DNA of 54,466 nt, counting the filler, from Diploschistes diacapsis (taxonomy: Eukaryota): the NCBI GenBank assembly GCA_023645945.1. It is 4 parts of 4 records of this genome, joined end to end, with 100 filler letters (N's around TTAATTAATTAA, not from the genome) between each part and the next. Parts side by side here need not be neighbours in the genome. Positions count along the whole stretch, not along the records: positions 1 to 13,555 come from JALAIB010000647.1; 3 more parts are not named here. One strand, given 5' to 3'. The translations under genes were made by a program, and so were the position numbers. Below the pieces are notes generated by a model. It searched no databases and was not told where the DNA came from. It was given only the letters and a program-made list of their open reading frames with translations. Shown piece by piece: positions 1 through 13,655 of this stretch (position 1 is the first letter of the stretch; every line of letters begins with the position of its first letter).

Positions 1-3000
1 GGGATGGAAAGGGGCACGGAAAGGGGCACGGAAAAGGGGCACGGAAAGAGGAACAAGAGATGGAAAGGCGATTGCAGCTATCAACGACTATAATAACATT
101 GGAAAATACCGAAGAGGTAAATATGGTAAAAGGCTCTGAAGGAGAGTTAGTCTAATAAAACGGACAGGTAATGACAAAAGCACATATAGGTGAGAAGCAT
201 AAACAAAGTGTCCGGATGAGAACAAGTGCCCAGGGGGTTTTACTGGAGATGTCGATACCAGGGGAAGAGAAAATACAGCAAAAAAAAAACTGACCTTCCA
301 TAAAGCTTCATGGACTGATAACGCGAGCTCTCAACCTTCGCTCGACCTACCACAAAATTTTATAACTGGGCCTAAGGTGGCGTTTCAGGTATCATATATT
401 GCTACAGTAGGAGAAGGACGGAAGCGAATCGTTTGTTCTTGTTTTCCCGGGTTTCGAGATTGGGAACGGGGCGCTAAAGCACAGAGAAGTTCTCGTGGTC
501 AACGAAAGAGCGAATGGAACGCTCTTATAATAGTAGAAACAAAACATAGATGATACCTTTTCCTGATGATAGAGCTCCCGTCTTGCAATTTCTCTCGCTG
601 CCTTTCAATGGATGATCATGCATGACTAGTTTTCGAGACGCTTTGCCCAACCGAGAGAATAGTCACTTCTATCTTCTGCCACTTCAGAAGAAACTTTTCA
701 GCACCCCCAGAGTCTTCTTATTTCGACTTTCTCTCCGCCTCCATCATACCAGTATTGGGAGCGAGGATCGAAATGAGCCCGGACACTTCTCTAGCTTCGT
801 CAAATTCTATATACTGGGCGAGACCTTTTCGAGCATTCAATGTTTTCTTACCTGTTCATGCTAATTCTTAATCTGCCTATTGTTCATGCAACTTCCGCTT
901 ACATAGCCAGATTCCAAGACAGAATGGGCCCGGAGGTAGCCTTCCGAACATCCGATATTGCAAGGAAATAGGCAATCCACATGCTAACAAATCAATAAAA
1001 GTGTAGTGTAACCGGAGAACACGAAAGAGAGATGTGGCACCTCTGTCCCCAGAAGCAAAGAAAAAGGGGCGAACTTACTTGCCTTCCTCCCCCAAGCCTT
1101 TTTCTCTTGATACAGGACGGACACTAGGCCTACCAGATCGCGTGATGGAGGTGCAATCTGACTCAGCTTACCTGGTAAGCTCGCTTTGCACGCATCTCAC
1201 ATTTCATAGCGAATCTCCGCTTCTCGTTGTCTTGCGCCTTTCATGTGTGCGCCGTGGCCATGTCTGAAAGCAAGGACGGAATTGGTATATACTGCATGAA
1301 AGTCGTAATGAATAATAGTAAGAAGCTATGTATACCGTACCTTCCCTATGGGATGTCAGCAGAGACCGAGAGTATGGTTCCTGTCTAGCGTGGTCCTGGA
1401 AACAGAAAGCCAAGAGTGCCTTATTCCGCGCGGCGCCATGGAGTCCTCCGCCCGCTTAGCAATCTTCGTTATACCAACACCATCGGCGGCCAGCGGCCAC
1501 TATTTCGGGTGCTGCAGTGTTTCTGGAGATTCGGCCCCGATATCTATAGCATCTGAGATCCCCTCCGGCTTAGCGAAAAGACAACCGTAGTTCTTTGGGT
1601 TAATGATTAGAGGTCCTGCGCAGTCCGCTGCTCCGCTGCCTGCATGGTCCGCTCGCTCTTATAGAGACATCTTTCTCACAGCACGCAAAAGCTGTATTAT
1701 TAATCAAGACCGTGCTCTGCTTATTTACCGCGCCCCTACCTCCGTTATCTCACAACTTGCGCCTATTTGGTAGGCGTAGACGGACCGTCTCTCGATCGGC
1801 CATAGCCTCTCGCCGAGACTTGCTGAGCCCGGCTGACAGGTCGGCTTCATTATTGTAGTAGGCACGGAGCGCGGTTTGTTTGAACCCTCAAGCCAGCCCC
1901 GTTCGGATGAGCAAGGGTTCCTTGACGGGAAAGGTGGGTGAGAGCAAGAACAACAACGACCACATTCCCATGGGTCTACGATAAAGTAGTCGACCCTGCC
2001 GGCTCGTGATCTGAAATGTCGCCCCCGACTGGGTCACGTTGAGTTTCTGCCGGTAATGACCAATTGCGCCACGTAGACGTACGTCGGGGGTGCTGAATGT
2101 CCAGACATGCATGTCTTGCAACGCACAGAGTAGATCATCTCACGCCGGATCGCTTTCGAGCACATTTTAGATTGCCGTAATCCTGTAGTCCCACATTGTC
2201 ATTGGACCCGGCTTTTTGGATAAGCTTTCGGACCGGTAGATATGCGCTTCAGCAAAAAGCACGAGCAGAACCCATTCGGATACGCTTCAAGGACTTCCGC
2301 ATATCGAAGCATCCTGCCAGACCCAGACCTGTTTCTCAGGGGCACTTCGGGCAAGGAAGCAAATGCAGCCAAGGTCCATAATATGAAAACTGTGCGAACC
2401 CGGCTTCATGATTTGTATGTATGCACCGATTCTAATCATCCCATGCCCCAACACTGCGTGTTGTTCACTTGGAGTGCGGGAGCAATTGAATAACTATGGT
2501 GTCCAGCTTGTTGTCGGTATGGACTGCGCTCATGCCAGAAGTGGGGAAGTTCGACTCGGCGTATTGATCATTTCATCAGATTCGGTGGAAATGGTCCAGA
2601 CAATTACAGAGTTTTGGGACTAACAGCTGAGCTGATTCTTGGACCATCGACACCTGACGATTGTCCCAGTGGCCCGCAATAAACGCACCGAGGGTTTTAT
2701 TATAATGACAAGGTGATGGACTTTTGGTTCCGACGTATTCTGCGAAAATGGACCTTCTGGATGCCTCATCTCCAAGATATACTTGTAATGGGTTCTGCTG
2801 TTCGCAAGACACCAGGCTCTGTGCTAACAACTCATGTCTCTGCGTCATGGAAAGTGCCGTTGTGAAATCCAGTGTTGTTGAAAGGGGAGGAATTTGTTGT
2901 AGGCATCAAGCATCATCCCCTTTTGCAGAAACGAAATTCTACGCTTTTCATCTCGTTAAAAGCTTCCACTAATCTTCATTGCCTGTTTGCCCCAGACTTC

Positions 3001-5615
3001 AGGGATCAGTAGATCCTGAATTCGGAGTTCGGGGTCCCTCGCACGCTTCACGGATGCAACTGATGCAGACCCCGACTGACCATCTCCTAGGACGCGACCG
3101 ATGAGGAAGCGAAGAGGATTGAGAGCATAGAAACGCTCATGCCCTTTGTCCAACATCACTATGGACTCTTCAACATAAGCCTACCTGGACAGAATCGGTT
3201 GATTTTTAATAGAACAACAGATTCAACGGCGCGCTGGGCCCTCAATAGCCGAACACGTAGGAGCTCGTGAGTAAGCAAATACAATCCACAAAAGATGTTC
3301 ACAATTTCAGATTTTCATATTGACTTTCTTGCCTTCGGTATTCTATCCTGACCGAAGGGGTATCGGAGAAAGGTCGCCGCTTTTGGAGGTTAAGCACCAA
3401 TGTGTGGTGGTACCTTTTTCCAGCGCAGTAAAGCATGGTTTGAACAGGGAGGAGCTGGAGATGATTAGAGACCCCATATTGCTGGATCCACAGCATTTCT
3501 TCCCAGAGAGAATCTAGTCAAGGCTTTGCCGAGTTTTCTTCACGCCGTCCCCCATCATACTCCACCAAAGCGAAGGAAGTAGATTCTCCACTTACAATAT
3601 AGCTCACCCTTCTTCGGGGGGCAGAAGTATACGAAGCAATCGTGTCAAAACGTAGAAGAGGGGGCTGGTCATGAGTGCTGGGATCCTGTGTGTCGGACCT
3701 CAAGCATAGGACAATAGAGGCTGTGGCGAGACCTTGACTCGCCACTGGACTTGCGTCCATACAGAGGTAGGCAGGCCTCAGTGCTTGCGTCACACCTATA
3801 GGCCTCCCCAGACATGTTGTTGTTGGTGTGAGAAACTCGATGCCTGGGCTTTTGCGCGATGACAGTCTAACCCAGGGACCCTAACCAGCGTTTTGCGGGA
3901 ATTAAGCTTAATGCTCGAGCAGTTCCACGACGCAGTGCAACATGGCAGGGTACGACGTACAGATCCTTGCGACCGCGAGGCTCGCGTTGACTTGATACTT
4001 TCATCGGCAGTGGGCGGGGGCGGACCCTCCTTGATGGGGCCACACTCTCCCTTGGCCGCATGGGTAGATCCTGGATGGCTTCCCCAGACATGGGGAGAAA
4101 TCGAACGATGGGGCTGCATGCTAACCTAGACGGCACCCTTGGAGGCTTACGCCGCCTCGCACCATGCTTAACGAAGAAATGGGGTTAATCCTTTAGACTG
4201 TTGGGATGTCGGGGGTGGTTGGAATGCAGGTCAAAGCACAATGTCAAGGTTTGAAAGCCGAGGCGTGAATCCACAACGGTCTCTCCGTGCCTTTGGCCGG
4301 TCCGTTCCGGATATATGAAGGGAAGAGAAGGCACAGAATGTGTCAGCAACTTTGGTCAATGCTTTTCTGGTCAGTGCCCCTTGTTGATATTCTACACCAG
4401 GAGATAACTCACATCCGCCACTTCGCCGACCTGTGAAGCTGTGAAGCTGTGAAGCAGAAAGGGGGGGGGGGCATCGGCCCAAAACCACGAATCCGCCGCG
4501 AAAGGGGTTGGGCTCGCTTAAAGAGAATCATATATCCAATTTGGCAGGCAGGACCGGGCATTGAAGTCGTTCGCCAAGGGTTTGCCAAGACCACCACCCC
4601 CAACCATCCCATTGGAAAGCCTCTTGGCTTGCGCCTTTAGCCTGCTATCCTACTTGTTCGATCACAACGCAATTTTGGCTCTCCTCAAACCAAAACTCCC
4701 CCCCCCCCCTCCAAATCCCGATGTGTGCATTACGGATGCTTCACCTTTGGGTTATGGCGATTTCGTCTCGAGTATTAGAATAAATCAAAAACAGTCATTT
4801 CATTGCCCCAGTCGTCTTCCATTTCGTAGCCTCTTCCGATGGATCTTATATACTTTCACGTAAATGTAAAGGAAACGTGTACCGCGGGCGCTCCGTGGCT
4901 GTCCGTTTTCAAATATATATAGGAAATCCAAGTGGATACGTTGTAAGCACCCGTGGGGTGGAACGGTAGAGGCTTCAATGTCATTGGACCAATTGACTCC
5001 CGGTAAGAAAGAGAAATGTTGCTCATGGAAAAATGAAACATTAAGCAATGTTACTGTAACCCGCCAGGCTTTTGCTCCACCTCACCTCATTCATTTTCCT
5101 ATCATATGACCGTTGGCCCGCCAGTAAAGTCCATGTGTAAGAATGCCGCTTCTCGAGATGGTGTTGGGAACAAAATCAGATAGCCACCCTTTCTGCCCAT
5201 AACGCGTGCTGATCCGGGGTATTGTGCTGACATTCAAACCAATGTATAAAAAGCAAAAGTGAAAAAGGTGTCCTCAACGCGCAGCGGAGTTGACGGTAGA
5301 AATTACGAAAAGCGAGAAAGCCACCCCAATTTGGTCGTCGTAACATGGCAATTCAATAGAGTGTTCGAAAGCGACCCTTGTGGCTGGGGTCATAGAGCGG
5401 ATAACGGCAGAAAATTTTAATGGCGCAGTACCGTAAAAAAGGGCTCCCAGAACGTATAGACTCGCCCAACCGCCCCCCCGACCTCATCGTAGTTTTGGAA
5501 GGATCCGTATCATGTCCTTTTTCTTGAGGATCTCGGATACATTGACAGATTCGCCGGGCTGGAGCGTTGCTGCGAGGTAGATCACTGGGGAAGCAGAGAT
5601 CTGTTGGTGGTCATC

Positions 5616-6930
5616 TCACATGACTCTGCGATTCAGAGCCTTAAGCATATCGCTGTCTGCTGTCGAGCGGGTGCTCTGTCCTCCCTCGGCTGGTCCAAGC
5701 ATATCCCGGACGCTCATGCCCGGTCTCGAGCCATTGTTTATCGAAGGCCCCTCTCTACCGGCCGGTGGCGGAGTGCGACCAGTCTCGAAGGCAGGCGGGA
5801 GAACTTGTGGCGGATGCAAACCGGCCGGAAATGGTGGGAAGCTGGATGCGGAGGATGTGCTTCCACGAGGTGAACCGGAAGCCCGAGCATCATATGGATA
5901 CGCCGAGGGAGGAGAATTGCGACGCGGGTTGGCTTGCGACGAATTGTAATATGGCTGCGGTGCCTGGGGTGCCTGGGGAAATGGAGCAGAATAGGAGGTC
6001 GTCGAGGAAGCAGGCGAAACAGGAGCCATATGGGTAGGGTCTGGATATTCAAATGCGCCGCTGGAGCCGCGACGTGCACCAAGACCCAGTCGCTGCTTCA
6101 AATATCAGTATCAGTATTGCGCAAGTGGCTCGAACGAATGGAGGAGGGGGGGGGGCAGGAACTTACATGGTCTGGAGCATGTGCCTGGGCTCTGCCGTCC
6201 TCGTATGGTTGCGCAGAGTAGGGACTTGATCCGTAACCCTGCGCTGGTGGGGGATAATTGGGATCGTGGGCTTGCTGTTGTCCTATCGGGCCCAAAGGCT
6301 GACCGTGCGCACCATAGAGAACGGGGCCCGGCTGACCTTGGCCATACAGAGGCCGGCCGTCAGGACCTGTTTGGATTCTCCCCGCATTTCTCAAATGCGG
6401 GTATGCGGTGTGTGCCGGCACAAAGGCGTGAGCTTGCGACGAGACGGGAGTGAATATGCATTCTTGATGGAAGCGTAGACAATTGGTACACCTGCCATCC
6501 AGCGAAGAGTCGAAGCCGTGACATCGAATCTACGGAATTCAGCTACTGGCGCCAGCTACCACAAGTTCTTGCTCACCTTTCGCCTTCTGCAGTAGCGGCA
6601 GGCTATGGCTGTTCTTTGCCTTGGGGCAGGCTGGCTGAAGCCAACCTGAGGCTGGCCTTGCGCCTGCTGAGAAGGCGGTGGCGAGTATGGCATTTGTGAA
6701 GCATTTTGGTACATGTCGTAGGAGTTGTGCGGGTGGTGGTAAGTGTCTTGTTGAGGGTGAGACTGGGGCGGGGGTAGTGCTGCCATTTCGTTCGGCTGAG
6801 ATGCAGGCCGAGGATGCTGTGTGTATGGATCTTGAGCTTGACTGCCCGGTTGCTGCGCTTGGGGCTGATGCAAAGGCGAGTATCGGTAAGACGGTTGCGA
6901 ATACTGGTTTGGGGTCTGGTCTGCAGACAT
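5616..6930 (-). CDS. mcrA: Zn(II)2Cys6 transcription factor, McrA-like (regulator of secondary metabolism); 3 exons, introns 6530-6576 and ~6093/6096-6166
   Basis: Spliced translation gives RQRTAIACRYCRRRK|IRCHGFDSSLDGRCTNCLRFHQECIFTPVSSQAHAFVPAHTAYPHLRN and a C-terminal STADSDMLKALNRR. Donors are GTGAGC and GTAAGT. ATG at 6930 (MSADQTPNQYSQPSY). The zinc cluster is certain; the McrA name rests on recalled sequence similarity. Confidence 0.8.
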
Positions 6931-7278
6931 TGACTGGCGAAGAAGCGCTTTGCGTGACGAGGCGCTCCTTCGATCTGCTGCGTCCAGATGCTCAGGCGCT
7001 TTGATGCCTCGGGAGCATGTTTCGCGCAAATGCTACTACCTCGTTGGTCTTCACTTGACAAGATGCAAGTAATGTACAGTATGAAATTCGTAGGAGGAAG
7101 GTAGAGCACGAGAGGGGGTTGTAGAGGGTCGAAGAGTTGATGACGCGGAGTCGTGGATGTGCGGGATCCTCGGAAGGTGAAAGGAGGACGGAATTGATGA
7201 TGACTTAAGGCTGGACAAGGGAGGGGAGATTGTTGGCCATAAGTTCATATATTCCCCCAGGCCTGGCCTTTTCTCCTT

Positions 7279-7312
7279 ACCAGCAGCACCAGCACCAGCA
7301 CCAGCAGCACCA
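7279..7312. repeat. (CCAGCA)n hexanucleotide microsatellite upstream of the Zn2Cys6 gene
   Basis: accagcagcaccagcaccagcaccagcagcacc is read directly in the sequence. Confidence 0.8.
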
Positions 7313-10300
7313 ACAAGCAGCCTGGAGTGCAAAAGAAGGCTTGAAACCCTGAGAGGGGGCCACGTGCCGCCCGCGACCCTCGGGATCGGCTCGTAGCGGG
7401 TTTGCAAGAGAGCTCTTAGAAATCGACAGGGATCGGGGATCCTTCTTGCAAATAGTAGTAGTAGTACTGTTGCAAGTTAGCTCCAAAGGGGATGATTTTG
7501 GGATTCTCAGTTTCTGACGGATTAGTGGGATTTCCTTTGGGGGTGACTGGGGGGGACTGATTGATTCACTTTTAGATTAGGTTAAGCGTGGGCCGTAGTG
7601 GTGCAAACTTAGGCGGCAAGCAACAAACAAAGCACGTCCCACAGCCTCGGGACCCGCTCAAAGGGAAGGGGAAGAGTACATACATATACAGTAAGGAAAA
7701 AAAGTCCCGCTTTTCCTCCCCTTCCAGAACGATCTTTTGATGCTCATGTTCATGTCCACTTACAACTCCCAGGAGCAAGCTGCTACTATTCAGCATCTCT
7801 AACTGCACCGCAGGCTACATACTCTTTGCAATCAAAGGCAGTAGACATGTATTTAACCCACAAGACTGGTGGCGGCGTTGCGATTGCAACTACCATCAAC
7901 ATGTGGAAAAGCGATAACGGGGACTGCATAGTACTGATGGTAGATTTTGATGTGAAGATCATTTTAACAGATACCGAACCATGTTCACTGGCTTGGCATC
8001 CGTCCTCTCCCCGTCCACGCTGCTACCACCTCTCCAATAATAGGCGACCTGTCCCTCTGCTGAAGTAGCCTGAATTCAGCAAGAACAAATGCCAAGCCTG
8101 CGTACTGCAACAACGATGGCTCGGTTGGGCTTCTAAATGACTTTAGTGTCCCGAATGAAGGAAATCTAGAAAGCACGGGACTTCAGAAGAAGTAAGATGC
8201 GTTAAACTCAGAGCCCAGACTCCGAGATGAGTTACTAATCGGGATAATCCCGTTATCTCCGCCTGAGCAAACTTGGGAATAGCTTCTCATCCAGGGGAAC
8301 AGCCAGCAGTTGGTTTGCCGCTGCGCCGATTCCTGCACAGAGAAACACTCGTCTTGTAATCTTTTCTCGTTTTACAGCCTTGAAATGGTGCAAGCTGGTA
8401 ATGTTACACTACTAGTGGCTGTATCCCTTCTGGCGGGATACTACCTATGGTAGTATGTCGTACAGAGACGTGCGAATCAAATACCGTACGGATCCAATCC
8501 GATGTTGTAAGAAACTAGTCACTCTTACATACAACTACCGAGTAAATGTACTTTACACCTGCGCAGTAAGTAGAGCGCTCTAATGTACCACATTTGCTGG
8601 TACATTACCAGTGGTGCTCCGCATGGAAGAAGACATAAGTAAGGTCATGCTGATTCATTTTCCGTTGGGCGGTCAACATTTCGCTACCCAAGTCGGAAGT
8701 AGACTTTACAGACGTTGACATGTGTGCCTTTCTTGAGCCGGTCCGTTTCTAAGCTAGTACAAGATCTTGAGCCGACGTCGACATGGTTCGGTAAATGGCG
8801 ATGCATGGAGAGCGTGGTTTTTAAAAAAAGAAGAAGAAGAAATGAGGAACGAGCCTTAAGAGAATCACTTTTGAAAACGGGGATGATAACAATGAAAACA
8901 AAAAATACGTAAGCATTCCGTAGCGTGACGGCATCAGAGCATCACGGGTTCCGGCATGCCCAGGAACCGTGCTGGTGGGAAACTGAAAAACAGCAACTTC
9001 TAACTACTTACGCTCTGGTCTTTCGTACCCACCTGACATGAAACTTGTCGCGTGGCAGCCGACTGGGGGTTTTTTTTGCTCCCGAGAAGCCGCTTGGCTT
9101 GGCCTAAATGACGCCACCACTCAGCCCCATGCTTGGCCGGCAATTTCCGCCAGGCCTAGATTCTCTTGTTTCAGTTTCACAGGGCATCATTCGATGAATT
9201 CGCTTTGGACAAGACTCATGATGCGCTTCCCGGCCAGTCTCGTTTCACTTTAATGGACAGACGCCTTAACAAAGCTCCTGAGGCAACGCCACCAGCCTCA
9301 CTGATATATTGATGGTCAAACAAGACCTACTACCTCTTATAATAAACGCTTGCTCTATAACTGGTACTATTCTTTGGGAAAGCTCTTTGGGAGGCTGTGT
9401 AATCACCGCGGATGAGCCATGTAGCCATGCTAAGCATGGATCAGAGGAAAGGTATTCACATCGGTTACCGATGTGCCTAACGATTTAATTTATAAGGCCA
9501 AAGAAGTAAAATGATGATAGTAGGGTCGGAAGAGCTTCGGGTCCACGTCCCACCGTTCCCGATCTCGAAGGGTAAGGCATGACAACATTCACAGCGGTGG
9601 TCCCAATACGACAACCAACTTGCTCCTCTATGACAAGGTTCTTTTCGAAAGTCCCATCGCAAGCTAGCTAAATCAAGATTCAACAACCTCGTAAGGAGCA
9701 TACCCGTCCACATGTCCTGAAGTGATATTCCACCGCCCTCATTTGCTAGCTCAAGTCGTCATGGCTCCCGTATGCGTATGCGTAGAGGGACTTGAAATAA
9801 ACTTTGGCATATGTTACGGCGCTAGATAAAAGTTGTATGCTTCGGGCACAAGCTTTCTTTTTACTAGGTGATTACGCGAAAAAGCGCGTGTCAAATATGT
9901 AAGTTGATCATGGCTTGTAATCCGCTCAGAAAGGGTGTGCGGTCTGTGCAACTCGCCTTGCAAGAGAGCTACTAGACCAGGCTGCGCCCCGTTGCATTTC
10001 CCTTTGGCCAGCCATCCATGCCCGTCCTGTGGTCAAAGACTATTGATCCATGAGAGTAGCCTGGGCACTTGATGGTGGGGTTACAGTACACCCTCCATGC
10101 AACCCAGACCGCCTACATAAATTGGTCAAAACACACCTTTCATAGGGCGCATGTCGTACCCCGTAGTCGCATGGGCGAGATTATTTGTATGGCTGGAAGT
10201 TAACACACAACAACACAAAACATACCTCAGCTCTGGCTCTGGTGCCGGTTCCAAGCCCAAGGTGGCTGTTACCCAAAACCACATCCACGGGCGACCGAAA

Positions 10301-13300
10301 TATTCAAACGTCTCTCCCCAAATCTTAGTCCTGGGTCTTGAGTCACCTCTCCTTTGAACTCGCAACGGGGGGGCTTGTGGTGGATTAGCTGTCAAAGGGA
10401 TTCATAATAAGCCCCACGCGATAGATGATGGTGTGCTTGCGAGACGATAAGTACATGGTCTGGAATAAAAAATGCCGTACCTGACACAAAATCAGGGGAT
10501 CGGGTCTGGGCATTGTGATGTGGGGGGGTGGTGAAGGATTTGTGCCGCTGCGGCCAAGGCTGCCCCACAAGATGCAACTCCGTATCGTTCCAAGGTCTGG
10601 CTAGCGGTCAACCTAAGATCCAAGTCTTCCCCCGTTTCATTGGATATGTTTCGTATAGTTAAGTTACGAGATAAGCAACCCAATTAGCAAGGGAGTCCTG
10701 GTCCGTCACCTCAGCGTTAGTACCCAAGTAGTTTGTTTGCCTTGGCGGCAGGCCCCGGAAACAGATATTTTCATGAACTGTAGGAGGCGTCACGATTGCC
10801 ACCTCTACTGTGGCTTCTTGAGGCGCCAAGCTGCGGGCCCAGAAAACCACGCTCTTGATGGAAATCCAACATACACACGGCTGGATTGTTTATTTCGTCT
10901 CTTGGGACAAGGCCCTTGTTCCAAGTGGAACCATCGGGCGCAGTAACCACGTGGGTTTAGCAGCCAGCAAAAACCGTTTCAAGACGTACGCAGTTCCAGG
11001 ACATGCCCGATGGTTACATGGACTGGCGGTGAGCATTACCGGGTACGTAGAGAGATGTAGTGCGCCGGTCTACCTGGAAAAAGCCAAGCCTTTTTTTGTA
11101 CACCGATTGTTCTGGATACTATCTATTTCGTTTTAATCTGATTTTAGTAGTGAGATTAAACATTGCCCTCATTCTGTCATGTGCCTCCTGAACCTCCCTG
11201 AAGTTACACTCACGAACAGTTCCTATAAGTAGCGCTTCCCAATATTGTGAGGATAGTTCGCTCGCCTCTCCGTTCTTACCGCCTGGTAAAGTATCTTGTT
11301 TTGAGAGATAGATACTACTTCAAATGCGCGAATTATGATCGTTGTTAACTCTGTTGATTTATTTGTGTCTGCATTTTAGTAGTGCTTTAACAATTTAGAC
11401 GAGACAACGATGGTGGATGTTTCGTACCAGGGCCGCCAAGTTTTGTTAAATCAACGGTCCTTTCCAGCAATTTCGCTCTGGCGGAACCGGTTTTTATGGA
11501 AACAACACGGCCTAGTCGGAGAAGCCTCCACTAGGAACGGCCATGTTGTCCACACTCTTGGGTTCGAAGTAATTGGTTCCTAAGCCAAGAGGAGCCAAAC
11601 TCTCTTCCAATTCGTACTAAGAAATCTCAGCATTGTATCGTAATCAAGCTCAACCACGCTCATAATGATAGCTGATGAGTATTTCATAAGTAAAAATCCT
11701 CCTTGGACCTCTTCTGACTTTTCTTTTTTTAGATGTACTTATTGAAGATTGAATCGTTGAAGCTTAACCCTCTTTACATGCTCATATCGGTCCTATTTAA
11801 TCGTGGCTTATGTCTTGTCTCCCTGGATAAGGTAATAATCAATTATGCAGCGGATAAAATTTGGTCCAGTTTGAATATTGACACCTCGTTGACGAATAGT
11901 ACTCTTTGGATTCAGTATCCTCGCTCCATTTGAAACTTCGAGTTGAACTGGGATGATCCGCCCCTCCCGAAGGACCATATTTCCTTGACCGCGATTGCCG
12001 TACCTTGGAGACGAAGACTAGGTGAGTGACAATTACTCAAACCTTTGTATATTCTTTCTTGGGTCTTTTTAGCTGCTAGCCACACAATTTATCGACATAT
12101 CTGTAGCAGACCGAGCACATATGATTGTAGGGTTCGTGTGCTCAATGTTCTGATAGGATTAATGCCTTTCCTTGGACTTTTGGTTACGGGCCGCCAGTAG
12201 TCGAAGCCACACTCACATCTTGCGTTTTTCTAGTATGACGTGCCTAAAGAGATACGCAATCCAAGACCAACGGGGACTTTCTAGCGGACTCTTCTTCCAG
12301 TGGAAAAGAACGACCAAGAAGTGGGTACAAAAGAACAATTAGTACGGAGCGGCCCAGAGACCCAAGAAAGCTCCCGTCAAGAGGATTCCTCTCTAGGAGT
12401 CCGTCCGGAGCCATGACTGCCGTCCGTCTGCCGGGGCTGTGATGAAGACGAACCGTGGAACAGAAGTCAGATGATCAAAATGCAATGCGAAGTCCGGTGC
12501 AGAGTCCGGTGCAGACTCGAACGTGGTGGGCCTTCTCGTACCTTGCGTGTCTGAGCCACCCAGCATTCTTACGCGTGCAAAAAAAAAAAAAAAAAGAAAG
12601 ACAGGTTTTACTGCCGAGCCCATCAACAGGTGATGTACGATGTCCAAAGTTACAAAAAATGCATGTTGCAGCCTCAGGCTAATTCCATTGGCTGGTCAAG
12701 TGGAGACTAAACTGCACAGCGGGCCGTTAACACATAAGCTAACAACCTTGGAGCATGTAGGTCAGCATAAGAGGTAGTAGTAATCTTACGCCAGCTACAA
12801 ACCACATACACTAAGTCAAGCGGAGAGGTAAATAAATATGGAGTGTGGGCTCGGCACAGGCCTTGCAGCCAGCCGCACTGCGCAGGCACCACTTCCTGGT
12901 TGATGCCCAAAGGTTCAAATAAATGAGACAGAAGCCCTATTTCCACCTCTGCGTATCCGTATCCGGTTTTCTAAACGTCACGAATCTTAGCTGGACAGTT
13001 AAACCTCGAGCGGCTGCCATAAGTAGGACTAGCGCGTCTTGGCCGTCAGACACACACAACACTGGGGGACATGCAGAGGTATGGATTTCGTTCTAGTTAT
13101 ACGTGTAGAGTACAGCCCGGCCGTGTATGGAGACCTAGTCATCAGGCTAAACATCAATGTGGATCATGACCTGTCAATATAAAGCAACAATCACACAATC
13201 CTTCTCTATAAGCGAGGATGTTCCGGCACATCAACATGTGGCTTTTGTTAGCCAGGTGCCGCACCATAGCGGTGTGACACGCCGTTATGCCGCATCTAGA

Positions 13301-13555
13301 TAGCTCAAAAATCATCTGTGCGCAAGAAATACCCGTAGGGCCAAGGTAGCCGCTAATAGAAACTAAATAAAGCCCCTTTTCGGGATGGCTGAATCGCTGA
13401 AAGCCCCGCACGATATAGAGACAATACATTTGTAGTAGAATGTTGGTCACTAGAGCGTTTATAGCGGATGAGTGTGTGCATCGTAAATTGGAGGTGCGGG
13501 CTTTCTAGACAAATTGAGTTCGATTTGGCTCTAGAGCAATCAACCCCTTCAAGTT

Positions 13556-13655
13556 NNNNNNNNNNNNNNNNNNNNNNNNNNNNNNNNNNNNNNNNNNNNT
13601 TAATTAATTAANNNNNNNNNNNNNNNNNNNNNNNNNNNNNNNNNNNNNNNNNNNN
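13556..13655. other. Artificial contig spacer N44-TTAATTAATTAA-N44
   Basis: Exactly 100 nt with a six-frame-stop palindrome; identical to the other two spacers. Confidence 0.98.

Noticed and set aside
2310..2360. PDPDLFLRGTSG resembling the cis-prenyltransferase PDLLIRTSGE motif
   Set aside because: The following RLSxF motif and upstream conserved regions are absent; probably coincidence.
11780..12015. Minus-strand LQGTAIAVKEI...FQMER snippet resembling protein kinase subdomains II-III
   Set aside because: No recognisable HRD/DFG motifs downstream and many stops; too little to support a call.
13600..13611. Palindrome TTAATTAATTAA recurring about every 13.6 kb
   Set aside because: Synthetic six-frame-stop linker inside N runs, not a biological periodic element.
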